Shown here one piece after another: positions 12,235 through 24,350 of a stretch of 44,915 bases of DNA. Position 1 is the first letter of the stretch; every line of letters starts with the position of its first letter. The notes under the pieces were generated by a model, which saw nothing but the letters and a program-made list of their open reading frames with translations, made no database searches and was not told the DNA's origin. The stretch is from Octopus bimaculoides (lineage: Eukaryota). The translations under genes were made by a program, and so were the position numbers. Location: the NCBI RefSeq assembly GCF_001194135.2, contig NC_068984.1, forward strand, positions 45,821,584-45,866,498, written 5' to 3'.

Positions 12235-12462
12235 CAGTTACATATGTCTATAAATATTTATATCATTTATATATATGTACAATAGATATATATGTATACG
12301 CACGCGCATGCATACATACATGTGTATTACACACGCGCGCGCATACACATATATAATTGTGTTTATATTGATGTTCTACTTTATTGTGATGTTTCGAAAT
12401 TTGATATATCCGGCTGAATACCTCAGCAGCGTATGCTTGTGTGTGTATGTGTGCATCCATAT

Positions 12463-12494
<32 letters not shown>

Positions 12495-13507
12495 NNNNNN
12501 NNNNNNNNNNNNNNNNNNNNNNNNNNNNNNNNNNNNNNNNNNNNNNNNNNNNNNNNNNNNNNNNNNNNNNNNNNNNNNNNNNNNNNNNNNNNNNNNNNNN
12601 NNNNNNNNNNNNNNNNNNNNNNNNNNNNNNNNNNNNNNNNNNNNNNNNNNNNNNNNNNNNNNNNNNNNNNNNNNNNNNNNNNNNNNNNNNNNNNNNNNNN
12701 NNNNNNNNNNNNNNNNNNNNNNNNNNNNNNNNNNNNNNNNNNNNNNNNNNNNNNNNNNNNNNNNNNNNNNNNNNNNNNNNNNNNNNNNNNNNNNNNNNNN
12801 NNNNNNNNNNNNNNNNNNNNNNNNNNNNNNNNNNNNNNNNNNNNNNNNNNNNNNNNNNNNNNNNNNNNNNNNNNNNNNNNNNNNNNNNNNNNNNNNNNNN
12901 NNNNNNNNNNNNNNNNNNNNNNNNNNNNNNNNNNNNNNNNNNNNNNNNNNNNNNNNNNNNNNNNNNNNNNNNNNNNNNNNNNNNNNNNNNNNNNNNNNNN
13001 NNNNNNNNNNNNNNNNNNNNNNNNNNNNNNNNNNNNNNATATATATATATATAAATATTCGCAAAAACATACACAGATATAGGTTTGTGTGCATGTGTAT
13101 GTATGAGAGTGTGTGTAGACTTATAAATTTGTTTGCTTGCGTGTTTTTCGCTGTGAAGCAGGGACGTATATAAGAGGTGACAATACTACGGAAGGTTGAA
13201 CATAAACAGCTTGTGGTTCTGTATCATAAAACTAGGGAAATAAATACACATAAAATCAATCGTTACTAAAAGGATTGTTCAGTGGAGCAAGGACCCGTTT
13301 ATCGCAACAAGCCACTTGCTACTACACCTATAAACAAACACACATACTTACACATATGCACACACATACACATATACACTTGTGTGTCTGTGTGTATGGG
13401 TATATGTCTGTGTGTAGGTGTATGTGTAAGAGTAAAGCAAACATTTGCACATATTCATATATCCAGAGACAAATATATATCTATAAATACACAAACTCAC
13501 ATACATT

Positions 13508-13554
<47 letters not shown>

Positions 13555-13582
13555 ATGCATATGTATATGTATGTACGTATGT

Positions 13583-13990
13583 TTCTTTTATCTTTTCTTG
13601 TTTCAGTCATTAGACTGCAGCTATGCTGGGGCAATGCCTTGAAGAATTTTAGGCGAATTGATCGCCCCGGTATCTATTCTTTGAAACCTAGTAATTTCTT
13701 ATCGGACACGTTTACCAAACTGCTAAGTTGCTTGGGACGTAAACACATCGACACTGGTTGTCAAGCAATGCAACAGAAAGTCACGCATACACACGCGCAC
13801 ACGCGCACACACAAACACACACGCACACATACATACAGATACACATACACATATATGTATACAATGGGCTTCTTTCAGTTTCCACATACCAAATTACACT
13901 CACAAAGCTTTGATAGGCCTAGAGCTATAGTAGAAGAGACTTGACCAAAATGCCACGCCGAGAGACTGAACCCGGAACCATGCGGTTAGG
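13583..13990 (-). mobile_element. tRNA-derived SINE family 1, composite structure (head and body 13861-13990, internal CA/TA microsatellite, 3' domain 13583-13770)
   Basis: Minus strand has the B-box-like GGTTCCGGGTTCAGTC and a body matching 30-155. The 3' domain matches 23565-23770 and 9423-9510. Confidence 0.75.
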
Positions 13991-14104
13991 TGTATATAAC
14001 TCTTTAACTAGCTACAGCACGGGAACTGCGGACATGCTGGGGCACCGTCGTTATTGCGGATTTGTTCTTGGTGAATTTCAATGTATAATATATAATATAT
14101 ATAT

Positions 14105-14272
14105 AGGGAGAATTCACGAAAAAACAACAGACGAAGACAGGTGGTGTAAACAACAAATGGATGTATTAGTATAACGCCCGGGAATAGAGAAAGTCTTTAA
14201 CGTTTCGAGCCTACGCTCTTCAACAGAAAGGAACACAGAAAGAAAAACTATGTGTGGTGGCCAGCGATCTAT
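14105..14272 (-). mobile_element. Probable Penelope-like terminal-repeat fragment with a degenerate hammerhead core
   Basis: Minus strand contains TTGAAGA-GCGTAGGCTC-GAAAC-GTT (14223-14199) with the palindrome AACGTT at stem III. The fragment is bounded by TA-rich runs. Confidence 0.4.
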
Positions 14273-14442
14273 CATATATATAAATATATATAGGTTAAGA
14301 AATCATCTAAGGGATATTAAACATCCAATATATTACTGGATGTGTACCTACGTATTTTTAACCAAATGCTTTCTATTGCATTGCAATATTTCAATTGAAT
14401 GCTAAGTATGGCTTGGGGTAAATTGGAAATTTACTCAGGATT

Positions 14443-14935
14443 TATAAGGCAAATACGAAAATTGAGAGGATATAAAATCGAAAAGCCAGTAAACATTCCA
14501 TTATATCTATTTATCAAATAACAACCATGTGTTTAAGTGGTACAAGTAAACGAATGAGATCAGCCAATAAATACGTAAACAGATATATATATAGAGAGAG
14601 AGATGAATGGATAATAATAGATGAGTGTACAGATACAAATCCCTTACGGCCGTTTCTACCATGCAGTCTCAAAATCTTCCAAGTCATCCTCATCATGTTA
14701 GTGATATACAGGGATGAACAAACATTGGACAAAGATTGGATAATGGTATCTGTACACTCATCTGTTACTATCCATCCTTCTCTCTCTATATAACTGTTTA
14801 CGTATTTATTGGCTGATCTCATTCGTTTACTTGTACCACTTAAATACATGTTTGTTATTATTTAATAAAGGGATATAATGGAATGTTTACTGGCTGATGT
14901 TTGTCGATTTTATATCCTCTCCATTTACATATTTG

Positions 14936-14942
<7 letters not shown>
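14443..14942. mobile_element. Fold-back (MITE-like) element with ~195-bp inverted arms and a 109-bp spacer
   Basis: Arms 14443-14636 and 14746-14942 are reverse complements, including a perfect 51-bp match (14532-14582 vs 14794-14844). The ends are TATAAGGC...GCCTTATA, and the right end abuts a (TA)n run. Confidence 0.85.
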
Positions 14943-14977
<35 letters not shown>

Positions 14978-15270
14978 GACTTGTATACATGAATATGTAT
15001 GCAATCACATACACATATTTACATATACACTGTCACGCAAGCAAACACGCTAACGCTACAACTTTTCCCTAACTACTATCATTGTCTGTGTGCCTGCATG
15101 TATAACATTCTATTTCTATTACATCATTGGGGACCCCGAATTCTCATTGTCTATCTTTCCTTTCGTCCTCTTTCGTGAATTATTTTACTCTTTTCGTTTC
15201 TTATACATACATATACATTAGTATCTATACACCCGCACTCCTTCCCGATATTTATCATATTTTACTGTTT

Positions 15271-15328
<58 letters not shown>

Positions 15329-15923
15329 CACACACACATACATATATATGTATGCATACATTATGTCAATATTTGTTACCCACTCTCTAACTATTAGTTT
15401 CTCTTTCCATCCCCCCCCCCTCAGTGTTACTTCTCTCCTATTTTCATTTCCTCTCCGGGTAACTCTTACATTATTTCTGTGAGTCAATAACGTACTTTCT
15501 CTTTCTCCTACTCTCTTCTCTGTCAATAGTTCACATCCTCTCACTCTACTATAAACCTCTTGGTTTTTTTCCTTTCTCTCACTTATCCTCATTTCCCTTA
15601 TACAATTTCTATAGCATTTTATTTTCAAATTAATAATGCGTGACGTTTGACCGGTACACAATAATTGAACATAATTACAAACAAACGTACATAAGATACA
15701 TACTCACATACACGCACACATTTATATTCACACGCACGCAAAGTACATGAATATATACATATGTACATATTTATATAGGTATACATGTACACATACGTTA
15801 TGTATACATGTATGCATGTGTCTATAAAGCCAGTGTATAATTTTAGCAGGGAACGAAATATTTTGAATACATTTCCTTCCCAAATTAATATTGTTGGACA
15901 CTAAACTCATAAATTCCTACGCT

Positions 15924-15955
<32 letters not shown>

Positions 15956-17202
15956 CATGTATAAATCTGTTAGATACAATAGATGCAGTATTAGATTAAA
16001 TTACCTATCTATGCATCATATTTAATTTAAATATATCGTCGAAAGGCAATGTTACTGCTACATATAACATCTGTTATGGCCGTGCTTTGTCTAAAGCCAG
16101 AATATATATTGGACGGAGACGAAAAGCGTATTGTTGTTCTTTAGGTCACCGTAAACGAACAAACTTAAACCCCAGAAACGTAATCGTAAACTAAACGTAA
16201 ATTACACCACAAACAGTAATGTTTATCTTATAAGTTCCTTTCCTTTTAAAAATACTATGTTATTTGTGACAGGTCGGAGCAACCATGTAGAGTTTCTTTC
16301 TGTATTTTCTGCACATTTTGCTTCAAGCGTATTCCACTTAACCTCAGTGTCAATGATAGAAATATCTTGAAAAAAAAAAGAGCATAACGAACTAGATGGT
16401 TTTGAAGCAAACTTCTTAACCACGCAGCCTTACGTGTGCCTGATGATATTGATTTTGTTGACTGATTTGACGTACCACTCGATATGATATGATATGATTC
16501 AAGGGAGATTTGCAAGCTATTTGTAGCGTGGTGAGTTATTCTTATCTCTTGTTTTAGCTTTTGCATTGCCTTGATTGAGCTGATATTGCAGCTAAGTAGA
16601 TTGAGCTGATACAGAGACAAAGTAGACTGAGCTGATATGGTTTCTGTCCCATCTTTTCTATGCATTATTTATCTAGAACTGTAATATCCAATACGTTTTC
16701 CCTTTCCTGCGACTGTATGTCATGCAATCAGAGAGCTTTGTTTGCTATTTTTAGATAGTAGGTCAAGCGACCACGTTAACGTGCGTTGGTGGCTTGAAGT
16801 GGTTGCGTATTTGCCTATTATTGACAAATAAGATGAAGTAGTTAAGGAGTGAGATATAACGAGAAGATAGCCATCGTTCTAATATCCATTTGTCTTAATG
16901 ACAATGATGAATACACTAAACTGTTAAAAACTCTTTAGCCTACATATTCATTATTTCCTCTATCTTAATCTTCTATCAATGCTATTATAGTTTCCTTCTC
17001 TATAAACGGCTCGTTGAATATCATGAGCCAACCTGCGAATCTATTTGCGATAAATTGATGTGCTAAAGATGGCTTCCATGTTCCCAGAAATCACACTACA
17101 CTCCATAAAACATAAAATACTTTCTCACCTTCCCGAGCGTCAAACTAATACGCTTGCTTGCTGTTTATACACCTATCTTCTTTATTTTTCTGTAAATTTC
17201 AA

Positions 17203-17247
<45 letters not shown>

Positions 17248-17249
17248 AT

Positions 17250-18090
17250 TATGTATAAAACTTAGATATGTTTCGACCAAATATTGGTCCAGGCAATGTC
17301 TAACTTAATAGCACCACGTGATAGGATTATCTAAATCCTTTTAAGTCAAGTTTTGTGATATCATGGTCCATTCGAGTAAGGAGTTCTTTTTGAGTGAATT
17401 GTATCCAGGCATAGTCGGCTTATCCTGTATTCCTTGAAGAAACTTGTCCAGATTCCGTTTAAAGGTAATGAGATCCTTTTCCTATTTGACCTGCTTCGGG
17501 ACAATGTTAAAGAGGGCAAGGGCTGTTGAGGAAAAGTAATTGTGTTGCAGTGTATTTATGTGTTGTGGTCCTGAATTGGGTAGGGGGCGTATGGCCCGTG
17601 GTCCTAGCGTTGGATGTATTTTTAGGCTAATGTTGAGCTCGTTTGGGCAACGATGATGGTATATTCTCCACACCGTGTAAATTATGTATCGCTCACGGTG
17701 GCGCTGGAAAGAATAGCGTTTCAATGCTTTAAGTCGGTCCCAGTAATCGAGATCAGTCATGTCCTGAATTCTTTTAGTGAATGACCTCTGGGATGATTCC
17801 ATTTTCGAGATGTTTTGTTTTGTAAGGCGAGACCACAGGGGGTAGCAGTTTTCGAGGTGTGGCCTTACAAAGGAGGAGAAAAGTGGAATTATGACACCTT
17901 GTTCTCTAGACCGGAAGGTTCTTAGGATCCAAGAGCTCATCCTACGAGCTATATCGACCTTATTGTTGATGTGGGCTCTCCAACTGAGATTATCAACAAT
18001 TTCTAGGTCTCTGATATTATTAGATGCCGTGAGAGGTTCCCCGGAAGGAAGAGAGTATATCTGTTTTAGCATAGTAAGGCTGTTTTTCAT
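17250..18090 (-). mobile_element. 3' relic of a CR1/L2-group LINE: C-terminal end of ORF2 plus 3' UTR
   Basis: Translation contains RDLEIVDNLSWRAHI, LFSSFVRPHLENCYPLWS, ESSQRSFTKRI, YWDRLKALKRYSFQRHRERY. Past a premature stop it continues FKRNLDKFLQGIQDKPTMPGY..NSLLEW to a stop at 17341-17343. The 3' UTR has a GACCA-ATATT-TGGTC stem-loop. The 5' side runs into an N gap. Confidence 0.88.
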
Positions 18091-18443
18091 ATATATNNNN
18101 NNNNNNNNNNNNNNNNNNNNNNNNNNNNNNNNNNNNNNNNNNNNNNNNNNNNNNNNNNNNNNNNNNNNNNNNNNNNNNNNNNNNNNNNNNNNNNNNNNNN
18201 NNNNNNNNNNNNNNNNNNNNNNNNNNNNNNNNNNNTATATATATATATATGAATAATAAATATATAACAAGGAATAGAATTACGTGATCAACTTCAGTTG
18301 TTTCTGTAATGAAATGCAGTGCACGAACAGTTGAATGCTTGTGCATCACATTATAGTTTTCTCGGAGCTTCTAAAAAGCTGTATTCTGCAGAGCATATAT
18401 ATATTGAGTTCTACAGATTAATAATATCGCAAGCCTAAGCGAA

Positions 18444-18503
<60 letters not shown>

Positions 18504-18515
18504 GTCTGTCTGTCA

Positions 18516-18547
<32 letters not shown>

Positions 18548-19746
18548 ACATATGCATACAGAAACGTACACACACATACCACATTTGCTGTATAATACGC
18601 ATCCGTATTTTACAGTATATTTTGTGGAAAAAAAAAGAAGATTTTTGTACCTTTCGTCATACGATTATTGAATGATATGTGATTTTCAGTGGAAAACAAT
18701 GTATGATCCTGTGGAAGCAAATATTATGTTGTAACCTTATACTGGAGTAAAATATGAAGCCACAAACTTATCACAAATAAACTATGCTGTACGAGTACTG
18801 TATTTCAAAGGAGAAAACATCAGCATCTTTGAAATGTTGGATAAAGCACAGCCGTTTAGAATCCGCTCAAAGTGTTCCGACTTTTGTTTCACAGAGAAAG
18901 TACACATTATCACATTATATACCACTTTACAACGATTCTAAATAAAAGAGAAAATTCGACCTGCCAACATTTGTTCAGATCCTTTCCCATAAATGTTTGA
19001 AAATACTCCCTACATATATTATAGCTGACAGATGACTTCGTCTTTCAAGTGCTAATCTGTAAAAAAAACACAGTGATTGTAAATTAGAGGGTTTTCTCTT
19101 CCCTCTATTGACTGAGCAGTTAACCGAGGGACTGGGACTGACAGACCGAAACAGTGGTCTGGATTGTATACCTCTGTATTCTGTGCATACGCTATGCAAT
19201 CAGATGCTATACAATGGTAGTACAGAGGCGTATCGATATATATTTACATACATTTATACACACTCACACTTTTATGTTGAAAATGACAATATGGCTGAAT
19301 AATTACAAATGTATAGATACAAACCATCGGGTGTGTATCATAAAATCATATGTATGTTAATGTGTAAGTATTCATATATATATATATNNNNNNNNNNNNN
19401 NNNNNNNNNNNNNNNNNNNNNNNNNNNNNNNNNNNNNNNNNNNNNNNNNNNNNNNNNNNNNNNNNNNNNNNNNNNNNNNNNNNNNNNNNNNNNNNNNNNN
19501 NNNNNNNNNNNNNNNNNNNNNNNNNNNNNNNNNNNNNNNNNNNNNNNNNNNNNNNNNNNNNNNNNNNNNNNNNNNNNNNNNNNNNNNNNNNNNNNNNNNN
19601 NNNNNNNNNNNNNNNNNNNNNNNNNNNNNNNNNNNNNNNNNNNNNNNNNNNNNNNNNNNNNNNNNNNNNNNNNNNNNNNNNNNNNNNNNNNNNNNNNNNN
19701 NNNNNNNNNNNNNNNNNNNNNNNNNNNNNNNNNNNNNNNNNNNNNN

Positions 19747-19789
<43 letters not shown>

Positions 19790-21149
19790 CGATACTGGTT
19801 TAAATGAGTATGTTATCTAAATAAACATTGTTCTGTAATTGGGAGCATCAAGTTCAGACGTTAAAGATTAAAAAAGTTAATATACATGATTATCTGAAGG
19901 ATTTTCATATTATTTTAACTATACAAACACCTCCCCCCCCACACATGGACATTCAAGCAAATGTAAATAGGCACAAACATACTGCCATACGCACTTGCAC
20001 ACGCACGCGTATACACAAACACGCACTTACACACACATAAAGATAGACAGATATGGTGACTTTTTTTTATCTGTTTGTACAAAATTTCTTCAGATTGCAC
20101 GAGAAATCTTTGTGTTTGTTAATCCCCACTAATGATCAGATTTTTATCTGTTCTCAAAATAGACAATATTAAAAAAAAAACAACCTTGATTGTGTCTTCA
20201 GTTAGCTGGCCTGCTCAGTCGTGAAACCAAGGTTTGCAGAGTGTTATATGTGATCTACAACCGGAAAAGCAAGATCATATGAACTATTAAATAAGAATCA
20301 ACAAAAGACTATTATATACAATTACACACATGCTGTTATCGTGTCATTATCCGTTATTGTTGTTCAGTCAAAAGTCAAGTGAACTTGCAGGTCCATGATC
20401 GAAGACATTCCAGATGAAGCCACTCAGTCTTATTTTTTAAGGAAGTAGGATTATTTGCATGTTTCTATTTCTAGCAGAATAAGCGACCACACAGAGTCCT
20501 TTGTTTGTTGGATCGTTTCGTCATTATTTATCATATGGCGCTGAAACATGACAACCAACTGTGATGTGTGATGAGATATATTTAGTCGTTCATTAACATC
20601 TGAATGCAATTAAGAATTGTAAAATGCAGAGATTTCTTATTGATTTCCGGTCCCAACCTTGGAAGGATGAAATTTCCAAGTCAATGTTGGGAGGTTAGAG
20701 AATTATAAAGTAAATTAACCATAACTGAAACGTTCAAGGTTTCTCGTCCACTACTCTATTGAATCTAGCAGTCCTCGACTCACATCAGTTTAATATTGAA
20801 AAGAAGAACAATGAAATGTAATGAGGCAAACAGGCAAAGGAAAAATAAAATATGTAGAAACATATTTCAATAGGGGACAACAGTAAATGCATAAAAGGAA
20901 ATTAACACGAATATTTAGAGAAGGAATACTTCTGATAACTATAATTAATGCTTAACGATTGGCTAAATGATAAAAATAATGATCTTGTCGTTAACAAATG
21001 GAGGCTCAGTGGAATAATATTGAAGTATAAAGAAAAGATCAGTTAAGATAAGAACACCAGAAATTGATTTCATTGTTTTTACTCATTCACCAACCATCTG
21101 TATACGTATTTGTATACTTGTGTGTGAAAATGCATATTTATGGATGCAT

Positions 21150-21186
<37 letters not shown>

Positions 21187-21249
21187 CAATTAACAGAACG
21201 AGATAAAAAAATCCAAAGCTATGCAAGATTTCAGAACATTTGTAAAGAG

Positions 21250-21297
21250 GTCTTACAGGTGTTTCCGGGATATTTTATATATCCCTTCATCAGAGAC
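21250..21297 (-). ncRNA. Minimal type-I hammerhead ribozyme-like motif (Penelope-like element terminal-repeat type)
   Basis: Minus strand reads GTCT-CTGATGA-A-GGGATAT-ATAAA-ATATCCC-G-GAAAC-ACCT-GTA-AGAC. It has a 4-bp stem I (GTCT/AGAC), an intact CUGAUGA and GAAA core, a 7-bp stem II, a 2-bp stem III and a GUA cleavage triplet. Confidence 0.72.
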
Positions 21298-22059
21298 GGT
21301 GCGATAAAATGATTAAGCAATAGTTATTGTAGAGAAGATATGAAATACAGAGTGAAATGGGGGAAGGAAAACAAACGTGAGATACGTAAGGATATTGTAT
21401 CCGCAGTTCTATTATCTGAGCAGAATGGTGTATATNNNNNNNNNNNNNNNNNNNNNNNNNNNNNNNNNNNNNNNNNNNNNNNNNNNNNNNNNNNNNNNNN
21501 NNNNNNNNNNNNNNNNNNNNNNNNNNNNNNATGTGTGTGTGTGTGTGTGTGTGTGTATCAGGTAAACATGACCGTGTGGTTTTAGTAAACACATTTTTGC
21601 TTTGCTGTGGAGAGTTTGGCATGGTTGTTAGCCCACTCATTTTAATCTCTGTGGGTAGAGAAAACGTAATCGATTTAACGAGTTTTGTCACAGACCAAAT
21701 ATTTCTTCTTGGCTATAAAAAGATTAATATTCATTTAGGGATTTATAGTCAGCGCACATTGAAGCAGAATTAACTTGGATTGCATTTAAGATGTTGTTTG
21801 AAACTCCTTACTTATTCTGAGGAGTGGTAGTTTGGAGCGTAGTACCATGAGCCATGCTCATTAATAAGTGGTAAAATAAGTGGTTGATTTAATTCAATTC
21901 ACGTTACATTAAATGTCATTGGGGACAACGAGGTGTTATTACCGTGTTTTTGTCGGAGTTATTGAGAGATGATGGAAATTATATCTAGTTAGAGTATGTT
22001 ACAAAAACATCCAAATTAAAATATTTCTCATCAACATTTAACTACAAATCTGTGAGATA

Positions 22060-22367
22060 TTGTTGTTGTTTGTTCCTTCTCGAGCCATGCCTGGGTCATA
22101 AGGGCTAGTTTCCCGGTCTCATTGGCGTATAGGTTCCTCACCTGAATGGGACGCCGGTCCGTCGCATCTGAGCTGCTAGATGCAGGAGGAAAGAGTGAGA
22201 GAAAGTTGTGGCGAAAGATTCAGCAGAACTTCGCCATTACCTTCTACCGTAATGGCGCGTGGAGCTCAGGTGTTTCATTCATAGACACACACATCGCCCG
22301 GTCTGAGATTCGAACCAGCGATACCTCGACCGCGAGTCCGCTGCTCTAACCACTAGGCCATATGCCT
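22060..22367 (-). mobile_element. tRNA-derived SINE with an (AAC)n tail
   Basis: The minus-strand head is AGGCATATGGCCTAGTGGTTAGAGCAGCGG...GCTGGTTCGAATCTC, with a clear A box (TGGCCTAGTGG) and B box (GGTTCGAATC). A non-tRNA body follows and ends AACAACAACA. Confidence 0.8.
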
Positions 22368-22559
22368 TCACTTAAGACGTTATAGAGCTTAAAAGCAATG
22401 AATGCATTAAAAATAAATTCATTGTGAACAGGTAAGTTGTAGACTTCATAAACTAAACTACTTCATCGGCAAAACAGCTATGACACTTTCTTGATGATCG
22501 ACCACGCGGTTACACCAGGTAGCCAATACAAAGCAAACAAAACCAGATAGAAAGATATT

Positions 22560-22990
22560 CTTTACTACTCTAGGCACAAAGCCCGAAATTTTGGGGACGA
22601 GGCCAGTCGATAAGATCGACCCCAGTATACAACTGGTACTTAATTTATCAACCCCGAAAGGATGAAAGGCAAAGTCGACCTCGGTGGAATTTGAACTCAA
22701 AACGTAAAGACAGACGAAATAGCGTTAAGCATTCCCCCCGGCGTGCTAACGTTTCTTATTTCTTTATTGTCCACAAGGGGCTAAACATAGAGGGGACAAA
22801 GAAGGACAGACAAAGGAATTAAGTCGATTACATCGACCCCAGTGCGTAACTGGTACTTAATTTATCGACCCCGAAAGGATGAAAGGCAAAATCGACCTCG
22901 GCGGAATTTGAACTCAGAACGTAACGGCAGACGAAATACCGCTAAGCATTTCTCCCGGCGTGCTAACGTTTCTGCCAGATCACCGCCTTG
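22560..22990 (-). mobile_element. Head-to-tail dimer of tRNA-derived SINE family 2, flanked by a 16-bp TSD
   Basis: Both units have the B box GAGTTCAAATTCC and the body GTCGACTTTGCCTTTCATCCTTTCGGGGTCGATAAATTAAGTACCAG, but their 3' tails differ. The perfect direct repeat CAGATAGAAAGATATT occurs at 22544-22559 and 22991-23006. Confidence 0.88.
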
Positions 22991-23564
22991 CAGATAGAAA
23001 GATATTGACAACATTACCCTCCAATACAGCATTTCACTAAATACTAGATTAGATCTGGAAGTTTTATTAATAGTAAAAGACTAGCTAAAAATTATCATGT
23101 ATTCGAAATATACTATGAGAAAACACTGAAATTAAATGCTAATTTAGAATACGGCGACGAAGATTGTATGTAAAATCCTTCCATATTTCCCTTGCCGCCT
23201 ACGACAAAATGCAGCAACAAAGCACCATTATCAACAATTCGTTCAGAAGATGAGGTCGCATAAGTATTGAAAAGTTAATTGACATTGACCTGTACTAAAC
23301 ATAAAAGACTAATACAGAGGTTTTAAAAATCATTAATAAAAACGATTAATCTCAATCACAGTTACACGTGACCACAGCTTATAATAGTGATGTCATCAAC
23401 GTTCACATTGTAGTTGCAGTAGAAACGATAAAGAGAGGAGACATCAGGCCTGGTGCCAGAGGCTGATGGTGTATCTGAAAGTCATTTTATTTCAACGAGT
23501 CGAGTACTATTTCTTTGACTGCAGCCAATATGTCTGTGTATGGCTGTTGCGTATGTTGTGTATA

Positions 23565-23770
23565 TATATTCTTTTATTCGTTTACTTGTTTCAGTCGTTT
23601 GACTTCGGCCATGCTGCTGGAGCACCACTTTTATTCGAACAAATCAACCCTAGGACTTATTCATTGTAAGCCTAGTACTTATTCTATCGGTTTCTTTTCC
23701 CGAACCGCTAAGTTATGGGGTCGTAAACACACCAACATCGGTTTCAAGTGATGATGGGGGGACAAACATA
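23565..23770 (-). mobile_element. SINE family 1 3'-domain copy without an adjacent head
   Basis: tttcagtcgtttgacttcggccatgctg...cctagtacttattctatcgg...cgaaccgctaagtt...aacatcggtttcaagtg is colinear with 13583-13770. Confidence 0.72.
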
Positions 23771-23844
23771 GTCCGCCTTTGTATCGTCTATTTGTACAAA
23801 CGTTTTAATGCCCTCTATTGTGTTTCTGTTCTATATGTATATAT

Positions 23845-24252
23845 AAGTAATGTTCGTAGCCAGTTGTACATGGCTGTCCGTTCGAATGAACTTTACTGCG
23901 ATTTTTTAAACCCCAAGAGGTCATATTCTCTAGCTGGATAAAGATGTACAGTTGCACTCAAGATATTGCAAACAGGGGACCAAACCCCTACCAACTTCTA
24001 GCGACGCGACCAACAGAAAAGTCTGGTTTCGTACTTTTTGGGTTATTTATACTTCTCTCCAGAACTGAACACCTTGTCTGCTAGAAATGGTAGCAGCTTG
24101 CTTCTGCTCACTAGAAGGTGGTAGTGGTTCGCTCCCCCGATCGCAGCTTTGCATCGTTAACCAGCTAGAGGAGATTTCCTCTTGGGGTTAACAAATCGCA
24201 GTAAAGTACGTTCGAACAGACAACCATGATGAAATGGGTATGATCATTACTT
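23845..24252. mobile_element. Fold-back (MITE-like) element of ~408 bp
   Basis: The left arm from AAGTAATG (23845) to ~24004 pairs with ~24108-24252 (ending CATTACTT). For example, atggctgtccgttcgaatgaactttactgcgatt matches the reverse complement atggttgtctgttcgaacgtactttactgcgatt. The spacer is ~100 bp and no clear TSD is visible. Confidence 0.78.
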
Positions 24253-24309
24253 GTTAGTACAACTACTGCGTTGATCTCTTTGAGAGATTTTAGAACTAGC
24301 ATTTTTTCT

Positions 24310-24350
<41 letters not shown>

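Noticed and set aside
12275-13173. Long ORFs spanning N runs here and at the other gaps
   Set aside because: They are open only because N codons cannot be stops.
14514-14849. Two ORFs on opposite strands with near-identical peptides
   Set aside because: They are explained by the inverted arms of the fold-back element.
19125-19165. GACCGAAACAGTGGTC, resembling hammerhead stem III
   Set aside because: There is no correctly spaced CUGANGA, and it folds better as a simple CAGACC/GGTCTG hairpin.
22300-22367. tRNA-like sequence with good A and B boxes
   Set aside because: There is no complete cloverleaf or acceptor stem, and it continues into a SINE body, so it is not a tRNA gene.
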